From assembly GCA_964057225.1 (NCBI GenBank), contig OZ059894.1, forward strand, positions 19,716,001 to 19,780,000: a stretch of 64,000 nt of DNA. The letters run 5' to 3'. The notes under the pieces were generated by a model. It was not told the DNA's origin, made no database searches, and saw only the letters and a list, made by a program, of their open reading frames with translations. The DNA is from Auanema rhodensis (taxonomy: Eukaryota; Animalia; Nematoda). Position 1 is the stretch's first letter. Each line of letters begins with the position of its first letter. Made by a program: the position numbers and the translations under genes. Positions 1-9,700 of the stretch are shown piece by piece.

Positions 1-161
1 AACTTATATCAGTTGATATCTCGGTGCATTTTTAAGCTAGCGCAAATCTGATAACACAGATCGACGCAGCTTACAAATCCGCATCGAATGCACTATACTA
101 CATTGAGAAACGCTTAATACAAAAATTAGTTATGATCGTTTGAAAAATGATGCATTAGTGT

Positions 162-189
162 ATGTTGAGTTTCCATGTACACTCAACAT
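162..189. other. Perfect 9-bp inverted repeat with 10-nt spacer (pos 162-189)
   Basis: ATGTTGAGT-ttccatgtac-ACTCAACAT. Confidence 0.9.
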
Positions 190-202
190 TGCTTCCAAAA
201 AC

Positions 203-237
203 ATTTTGACAAAAATTTTTTCGAAAAATTTCAAAAT
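203..237. other. A/T-tract dyad around the TTTTTCGAAAAA palindrome (pos 217-228), with outer arms ATTTTGA / TCAAAAT
   Basis: ATTTTGAcaaaaattttttcgaaaaattTCAAAAT; 12-bp perfect palindrome in the core. Confidence 0.8.
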
Positions 238-690
238 AAATTAGCAAAAAGTAGATGTTTTTAGATTCCTTTTTTCAAGGCAAAGACGATGGACGATGTT
301 ATTCAACGAAAAAATTAATTCTTCAGGGTGAAAATCGAGGATATAAGTGTGAATTTATATCAGTTGATATCTCGGTGCATTTTTAAGCTAGCGCAAATCT
401 GATAACACAGATCGACGCAGCTTACAAATCCGCATCGAATGCACTATACTACATTGAGAAACGCTTAATACAGAAATTAGTTATGATCGTTTGAAAAATG
501 ATCCATTAGTGTATGTTGAGTTTCCATGTACACTCAACATTGCTTCCAAAAACATTTTGACAAAAATTTTTTCGAAAAATTTCAAAATAAATTAGCAAAA
601 AGTAGATGTTTTTAGATTCCTTTTTTCAAGGCAAAGACGATGGACAATGTTATTCAACGAAAAAATTAATTCTCCAGGGTGAAAATCGAG

Positions 691-712
691 GATATAAGTG
701 TGAACTTATATC
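691..712. other. Perfect 9-bp hairpin with GTGA loop (pos 340-351 plus 1-10 of the next monomer)
   Basis: GATATAAGT-GTGA-ACTTATATC; the arms are exact reverse complements. Confidence 0.9.
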
Positions 713-722
713 AGTTGATATC

Positions 723-789
723 TCGGTGCATTTTTAAGCTAGCGCAAATCTGATAACACAGATCGACGCAGCTTAAAAATCCGCATCGA
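723..789. other. Long imperfect inverted repeat (pos 21-87), present in every monomer; exemplar in monomer 3
   Basis: TCGGTGC-ATTTTTAAGCT-a-GCG-caa-ATCTG-[ataaca]-CAGAT-cga-CGC-AGCTTAAAAAT-cc-GCATCGA. Arms pair as 7 bp (one G.T), 11 bp perfect, 3 bp and 5 bp. Confidence 0.9.
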
Positions 790-3700
790 ATGCACTATAC
801 TACATTGAGAAACGCTTAATACAAAAATTAGTTATGATCGTTTGAAAAATGATGCATTAGTGTATGTTGAGTTTCCATGTACACTCAACATTGCTTCCAA
901 AAACATTTTGACAAAAATTTTTTCGAAAAATTTCAAAATAAATTAGCAAAAAGTAGATGTTTTTAGATTCCTTTTTTCAAGGCAAAGACGATGGACGATG
1001 TTATTCAACGAAAAAATTAATTCTTCAGGGTGAAAATCGAGGATATAAGTGTGAATTTATATCAGTTGATATCTCGGTGCATTTTTAAGCTAGCGCAAAT
1101 CTGATAACACAGATCGACGCAGCTTACAAATCCGCATCGAATGCACTATACTACATTGAGAAACGCTTAATACAGAAATTAGTTATGATCGTTTGAAAAA
1201 TGATCCATTAGTGTATGTTGAGTTTCCATGTACACTCAACATTGCTTCCAAAAACATTTTGACAAAAATTTTTTCGAAAAATTTCAAAATAAATTAGCAA
1301 AAAGTAGATGTTTTTAGATTCCTTTTTTCAAGGCAAAGACGATGGACAATGTTATTCAACGAAAAAATTAATTCTCCAGGGTGAAAATCGAGGATATAAG
1401 TGTGAACTTATATCAGTTGATATCTCGGTGCATTTTTAAGCTAGCGCAAATCTGATAACACAGATCGACGCAGCTTAAAAATCCGCATCGAATGCACTAT
1501 ACTCATTGAAAAACGCTTAATACAAAAATTAGTTATGATCGTTCGAAAAATGATGCATTAGTGTATGTTGAGTTTCCATGTACACTCAACATTGCTTCCA
1601 AAAACATTTTGACAAAAATTTTTTCGAAAAATTTCGAAATAAGTTAGCAAAAAGTAGATGTTTTTAGATTCCATTTTTTAAGGCAAAGACGATGGACAAT
1701 GTTATTCAACGAAAAAATTAATTCTTCAGGGTGAAAATCGAGGATATAAGTGTGAACTTATATCAGTTGATATCTCGGTGCATTTTTAAGCTAGCGCAAA
1801 TCTGATAACACAGAACGACGCAGCTTAAAAATCCGCATCGAATGCACTATACTACATTGAGAAACGCTTAATACAAAAATTAGTTATGATCGTTTGAAAA
1901 ATGATGCATTAGTGTATGTTGAGTTTCCATGTACACTCAACATTGCTTCCAAAAACATTTTGACAAAAATTTTTTCGAAAAATTTCAGAATAATTTAGCA
2001 AAAAGAAGATGTTTTTAGATTCCATTTTTCAAGGCAAAGACGATGGACAATGTTATTCAACGAAAAAATTAATTCTTCAGGGTGAAAATCGAGGATATAA
2101 GTGTGAACTTATATCAGTTGATATCTCGGTGCATTTTTAAGCTAGCGCAAATCTGATAACACAGATCGACGCAGCTTAAAAATCCGCATCGAATGCACTA
2201 TACTACATTGAGAAACGCTTAATACAAAAATTAGTTATGATCGTTTGAAAAATGATGCGTTAGTGTATGTTGAGTTTCCATGTACACTCAACATTGCTTC
2301 CAAAAACATTTTGACAAAAATTTTTTCGAAAAATTTCAAAATAATTTAGCAAAAAGTAGATGTTTTTAGATTCCATTTTTTAAGGCAAAGACGATGGACA
2401 ATGTTATTCAACGAAAAAATTAATTCTTCAGGGTGAAAATCGAGGATATAAGTGTGAACTTATATCAGTTGATATCTCGGTGCATTTTTAAGCTAGCGCA
2501 AATCTGATAACACAGAACGACGCAGCTTAAAAATTCGCATCGAATGCACTATACTCATTGAAAAACGCTTAATACAAAAATTAGTTATGATCGTTTGAAA
2601 AATGATGCATTAGTGTATGTTGAGTTTCCATGTACACTCAACATTGCTTCCAAAAACATTTTGACAAAAATTTTTTCGAAAAATTTCAGAATAATTTAGC
2701 AAAAAGTAGATGTTTTTAGATTCCATTTTTCAAGGCAAAGACGATGGACAATGTTATTCAACGAAAAAATTAATTCTTCAGGGTGAAAATCGAGGATATA
2801 AGTGTGAACTTATATCAGTTGATATCTCGGTGCATTTTTAAGCTAGCGCAAATCTGATAACACAGATCGACGCAGCTTAAAAATCCGCATCGAATGCACT
2901 ATACTACATTGAGAAACGCTTAATACAAAAATTAGTTATGATCGTTTGAAAAATGATGCGTTAGTGTATGTTGAGTTTCCATGTACACTCAACATTGCTT
3001 CCAAAAACATTTTGACAAAAATTTTTTCGAAAAATTTCAAAATAATTTAGCAAAAAGTAGATGTTTTTAGATTCCATTTTTTAAGGCAAAGACGATGGAC
3101 AATGTTATTCAACGAAAAAATTAATTCTTCAGGGTGAAAATCGAGGATATAAGTGTGAACTTATATCAGTTGATATCTCGGTGCATTTTTAAGCTAGCGC
3201 AAATCTGATAACACAGAACGACGCAGCTTAAAAATTCGCATCGAATGCACTATACTCATTGAAAAACGCTTAATACAAAAATTAGTTATGATCGTTTGAA
3301 AAATGATGCATTAGTGTATGTTGAGTTTCCATGTACACTCAACATTGCTTCCAAAAACATTTTGACAAAAATTTTTTCGAAAAATTTCGAAATAATTTAG
3401 CAAAAAGTAGATGTTTTTAGATTCCATTTTTTAAGGCAAAGACGATGGACAATGTTATTCAACGAAAAAATTAATTCTTCAGGGTGAAAATCGAGGATAT
3501 AAGTGTGAACTTATATCAGTTGATATCTCGGTGCATTTTTAAGCTAGCGCAAATCTGATAACACAGATCGACGCAGCTTAAAAATCCGCATCGAATGCAC
3601 TATACTACATTGAGAAACGCTTTATACAAAAATTAGTTATGATCGTTTGAAAAATGATGCATTAGTGTATGATGAGTTTCCATGTACACTCAACATTGCT

Positions 3701-6700
3701 TCCAAAAACATTTTGACAAAAATTTTTTCGAAAAATTTCAAAATAAATTAGCAAAAAGTAGATGTTTTTAGATTGCTTTTTTCAAGGCAAAGACGATGGA
3801 CAATGTTATTCAACGAAAAAAATAATTCTTCAGGGTGAAAATCGAGGATATAAGTGTGAACTTATATCAGTTGATATCTCGGTGCATTTTTAAGCTAGCG
3901 CAAATCTGATAACACAGATCGACGCAGCTTACAAATCCGCATCGAATGCACTATACTACATTGAGAAACGCTTAATACAAAAATTAGTTATGATCGTTTG
4001 AAAAATGATGCATTAGTGTATGTTGAGTTTCCATATACACTCAACATTGCTTCCAAAAACATTTTGACAAAAATTTTTTCGAAAAATTTCAAAATAAATT
4101 AGCAAAAAGTAGATGTTTTTAGATTCCTTTTTTCAAGGCAAAGACGATGGACGATGTTATTCAACGAAAAAATTAATTCTTCAGGGTGAAAATCGAGGAT
4201 ATAAGTGTGAATTTATATCAGTTGATATCTCGGTGCATTTTTAAGCTAGCGCAAATCTGATAACACAGATCGACGCAGCTTACAAATCCGCATCGAATGC
4301 ACTATACTACATTGAGAAACGCTTAATACAGAAATTAGTTATGATCGTTTGAAAAATGATCCATTAGTGTATGTTGAGTTTCCATGTACACTCAACATTG
4401 CTTCCAAAAACATTTTGACAAAAATTTTTTCGAAAAATTTCAAAATAAATTAGCAAAAAGTAGATGTTTTTAGATTCCTTTTTTCAAGGCAAAGACGATG
4501 GACAATGTTATTCAACGAAAAAATTAATTCTCCAGGGTGAAAATCGAGGATATAAGTGTGAACTTATATCAGTTGATATCTCGGTGCATTTTTAAGCTAG
4601 CGCAAATCTGATAACACAGATCGACGCAGCTTAAAAATCCGCATCGAATGCACTATACTACATTGAGAAACGCTTAATACAAAAATTAGTTATGATCGTT
4701 TGAAAAATGATGCATTAGTGTATGTTGAGTTTCCATGTACACTCAACATTGCTTCCAAAAACATTTTGACAAAAATTTTTTCGAAAAATTTCAAAATAAA
4801 TTAGCAAAAAGTAGATGTTTTTAGATTCCTTTTTTCAAGGCAAAGACGATGGACGATGTTATTCAACGAAAAAATTAATTCTTCAGGGTGAAAATCGAGG
4901 ATATAAGTGTGAATTTATATCAGTTGATATCTCGGTGCATTTTTAAGCTAGCGCAAATCTGATAACACAGATCGACGCAGCTTACAAATCCGCATCGAAT
5001 GCACTATACTACATTGAGAAACGCTTAATACAGAAATTAGTTATGATCGTTTGAAAAATGATCCATTAGTGTATGTTGAGTTTCCATGTACACTCAACAT
5101 TGCTTCCAAAAACATTTTGACAAAAATTTTTTCGAAAAATTTCAAAATAAATTAGCAAAAAGTAGATGTTTTTAGATTCCTTTTTTCAAGGCAAAGACGA
5201 TGGACAATGTTATTCAACGAAAAAATTAATTCTCCAGGGTGAAAATCGAGGATATAAGTGTGAACTTATATCAGTTGATATCTCGGTGCATTTTTAAGCT
5301 AGCGCAAATCTGATAACACAGAACGACGCAGCTTAAAAATTCGCATCGAATGCACTATACTACATTGAAAAACGCTTAATACAAAAATTAGTTATGATCG
5401 TTTGAAAAATGATGCATTAGTGTATGTTGAGTTTCCATGTACACTCAACATTGCTTCCAAAAACATTTTGACAAAAATTTTTTCGAAAAATTTCGAAATA
5501 ATTTAGCAAAAAGTAGATGTTTTTAGATTCTATTTTTTAAGGCAAAGACGATGGACAATGTTATTCAACGAAAAAATTAATTCTTCAGGGTGAAAATCGA
5601 GGATATAAGTGTGAACTTATATCAGTTGATATCTCGGTGCATTTTTAAGCTAGCGCAAATCTGATAACACAGAACGACGCAGCTTAAAAATCCGCATCGA
5701 ATGCACTATACTACATTGAGAAACGCTTAATACAAAAATTAGTTATGATCGTTTGAAAAATGATGCATTAGTGTATGTTGAGTTTCCATGTACACTCAAC
5801 ATTGCTTCCAAAAACATTTTGACAAAAATTTTTTCGAAAAATTTCAGAATAATTTAGCAAAAAGTAGATGTTTTTAGATTCCATTTTTCAAGGCAAAGAC
5901 GATGGACAATGTTATTCAACGAAAAAATTAATTCTTCAGGGTGAAAATCGAGGATATAAGTGTGAACTTATATCAGTTGATATCTCGGTGCATTTTTAAG
6001 CTAGCGCAAATCTGATAACACAGATCGACGCAGCTTAAAAATCCGCATCGAATGCACTATACTACATTGAGAAACGCTTAATACAAAAATTAGTTATGAT
6101 CGTTTGAAAAATGATGCGTTAGTGTATGTTGAGTTTCCATGTACACTCAACATTGCTTCCAAAAACATTTTGACAAAAATTTTTTCGAAAAATTTCAAAA
6201 TAATTTAGCAAAAAGTAGATGTTTTTAGATTCCATTTTTTAAGGCAAAGACGATGGACAATGTTATTCAACGAAAAAATTAATTCTTCAGGGTGAAAATC
6301 GAGGATATAAGTGTGAACTTATATCAGTTGATATCTCGGTGCATTTTTAAGCTAGCGCAAATCTGATAACACAGAACGACGCAGCTTAAAAATCCGCATC
6401 GAATGCACTATACTACATTGAGAAACGCTTAATACAAAAATTAGTTATGATCGTTTGAAAAATGATGCATTAGTGTATGTTGAGTTTCCATGTACACTCA
6501 ACATTGCTTCCAAAAACATTTTGACAAAAATTTTTTCGAAAAATTTCAAAATAATTTAGCAAAAAGTAGATGTTTTTAGATTCCTTTTTTCAAGGCAAAG
6601 ACGATGGACAATGTTATTCAACGAAAAAATTAATTCTTCAGGGTGAAAATCGAGGATATAAGTGTGAACTTATATCAGTTGATATCTCGGTGCATTTTTA

Positions 6701-9700
6701 AGCTAGCGCAAATCTGATAACACAGAACGACGCAGCTTAAAAATTCGCATCGAATGCACTATACTCATTGAAAAACGCTTAATACAAAAATTAGTTATGA
6801 TCGTTTGAAAAATGATGCATTAGTGTATGTTGAGTTTCCATGTACACTCAACATTGCTTCCAAAAACATTTTGACAAAAATTTTTTCGAAAAATTTCGAA
6901 ATAATTTAGCAAAAAGTAGATGTTTTTAGATTCCATTTTTTAAGGCAAAGACGATGGACAATGTTATTCAACGAAAAAATTAATTCTTCAGGGTGAAAAT
7001 CGAGGATATAAGTGTGAACTTATATCAGTTGATATCTCGGTGCATTTTTAAGCTAGCGCAAATCTGATAACACAGATCGACGCAGCTTAAAAATCCGCAT
7101 CGAATGCACTATACTACATTGAGAAACGCTTAATACAAAAATTAGTTATGATCGTTTGAAAAATGATGCGTTAGTGTATGTTGAGTTTCCATGTACACTC
7201 AACATTGCTTCCAAAAACATTTTGACAAAAATTTTTTCGAAAAATTTCAAAATAATTTAGCAAAAAGTAGATGTTTTTAGATTCCATTTTTTAAGGCAAA
7301 GACGATGGACAATGTTATTCAACGAAAAAATTAATTCTTCAGGGTGAAAATCGAGGATATAAGTGTGAACTTATATCAGTTGATATCTCGGTGCATTTTT
7401 AAGCTAGCGCAAATCTGATAACACAGAACGACGCAGCTTAAAAATCCGCATCGAATGCACTATACTACATTGAGAAACGCTTAATACAAAAATTAGTTAT
7501 GATCGTTTGAAAAATGATGCATTAGTGTATGTTGAGTTTCCATGTACACTCAACATTGCTTCCAAAAACATTTTGACAAAAATTTTTTCGAAAAATTTCA
7601 AAATAATTTAGCAAAAAGTAGATGTTTTTAGATTCCTTTTTTCAAGGCAAAGACGATGGACAATGTTATTCAACGAAAAAATTAAATCTTCAGGGTGAAA
7701 ATCGAGGATATAAGTGTGAACTTATATCAGTTGATATCTCGGTGCATTTTTAAGCTAGCGCAAATCTGATAACACAGAACGACGCAGCTTAAAAATTCGC
7801 ATCGAATGCACTATACTACATTGAAAAACGCTTAATACAAAAATTAGTTATGATCGTTTGAAAAATGATGCATTAGTGTATGTTGAGTTTCCATGTACAC
7901 TCAACATTGCTTCCAAAAACATTTTGACAAAAATTTTTTCGAAAAATTTCGAAATAATTTAGCAAAAAGTAGATGTTTTTAGATTCCATTTTTTAAGGCA
8001 AAGACGATGGACAATGTTATTCAACGAAAAAATTAATTCTTCAGGGTGAAAATCGAGGATATAAGTGTGAACTTATATCAGTTGATATCTCGGTGCATTT
8101 TTAAGCTAGCGCAAATCTGATAACACAGAACGACGCAGCTTAAAAATCCGCATCGAATGCACTATACTACATTGAGAAACGCTTAATACAAAAATTAGTT
8201 ATGATCGTTTGAAAAATGATGCATTAGTGTATGTTGAGTTTCCATGTACACTCAACATTGCTTCCAAAAACATTTTGACAAAAATTTTTTCGAAAAATTT
8301 CAAAATAATTTAGCAAAAAGTAGATGTTTTTAGATTCCTTTTTTCAAGGCAAAGACGATGGACAATGTTATTCAACGAAAAAATTAATTCTTCAGGGTGA
8401 AAATCGAGGATATAAGTGTGAACTTATATCAGTTGATATCTCGGTGCATTTTTAAGCTAGCGCAAATCTGATAACACAGATCGACGCAGCTTACAAATCC
8501 GCATCGAATGCACTATACTACATTGAGAAACGCTTAATACAAAAATTAGTTATGATCGTTTGAAAAATGATGCATTAGTGTATGTTGAGTTTCCATGTAC
8601 ACTCAACATTGCTTCCAAAAACATTTTGACAAAAATTTTTTCGAAAAATTTCAAAATAAATTAGCAAAATGTAGATGTTTTTAGATTCCTTTTTTCAAGG
8701 CAAAGACGATGGACGATGTTATTCAACGAAAAAATTAATTCTTCAGGGTGAAAATCGAGGATATAAGTGTGAATTTATATCAGTTGATATCTCGGTGCAT
8801 TTTTAAGCTAGCGCAAATCTGATAACACAGATCGACGCAGCTTACAAATCCGCATCGAATGCACTATACTACATTGAGAAACGCTTAATACAGAAATTAG
8901 TTATGATCGTTTGAAAAATGATCCATTAGTGTATGTTGAGTTTCCATGTACACTCAACATTGCTTCCAAAAACATTTTGACAAAAATTTTTTCGAAAAAT
9001 TTCAAAATAAATTAGCAAAAAGTAGATGTTTTTAGATTCCTTTTTTCAAGGCAAAGACGATGGACAATGTTATTCAACGAAAAAATTAATTCTCCAGGGT
9101 GAAAATCGAGGATATAAGTGTGAACTTATATCAGTTGATATCTCGGTGCATTTTTAAGCTAGCGCAAATCTGATAACACAGATCGACGCAGCTTAAAAAT
9201 CCGCATCGAATGCACTATACTACATTGAGAAACGCTTAATACAAAAATTAGTTATGATCGTTTGAAAAATGATGCATTAGTGTATGTTGAGTTTCCATGT
9301 ACACTCAACATTGCTTCCAAAAACATTTTGACAAAAATTTTTTCGAAAAATTTCAAAATAAATTAGCAAAAAGTAGATGTTTTTAGATTCCTTTTTTCAA
9401 GGCAAAGACGATGGACGATGTTATTCAACGAAAAAATTAATTCTTCAGGGTGAAAATCGAGGATATAAGTGTGAATTTATATCAGTTGATATCTCGGTGC
9501 ATTTTTAAGCTAGCGCAAATCTGATAACACAGATCGACGCAGCTTACAAATCCGCATCGAATGCACTATACTACATTGAGAAACGCTTAATACAGAAATT
9601 AGTTATGATCGTTTGAAAAATGATCCATTAGTGTATGTTGAGTTTCCATGTACACTCAACATTGCTTCCAAAAACATTTTGACAAAAATTTTTTCGAAAA

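Larger units (their letters stand above)
1..351. repeat. Exemplar satellite monomer (351 bp, ~31% GC, A/T-tract rich)
   Basis: The next copy starts at 352. Consensus has about 53 C and 57 G per 351 bp and many A4-6/T4-6 tracts. Confidence 0.98.

Noticed and set aside
219-235. CENP-B box-like motif (TTCG....A..CGGG)
   Set aside because: TTCGAAAAA matches only the left half; the CGGG part is absent.
270-335. Hammerhead ribozyme core, as in newt, schistosome and cricket satellites: minus-strand CTGAAGA (plus TCTTCAG, pos 320-326) with a downstream GAAA
   Set aside because: No stem II forms between CUGAAGA and GAAA, and I found no partner for the flanking CACC stem I. Plus-strand CTGATAA (48-54) misses the CUGANGA consensus. 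An Infernal/RNAbob search of a dimer would settle it.
1-351. Internal sub-repeat (2 x 175 or 3 x 117 bp)
   Set aside because: No direct similarity between halves or thirds by eye.
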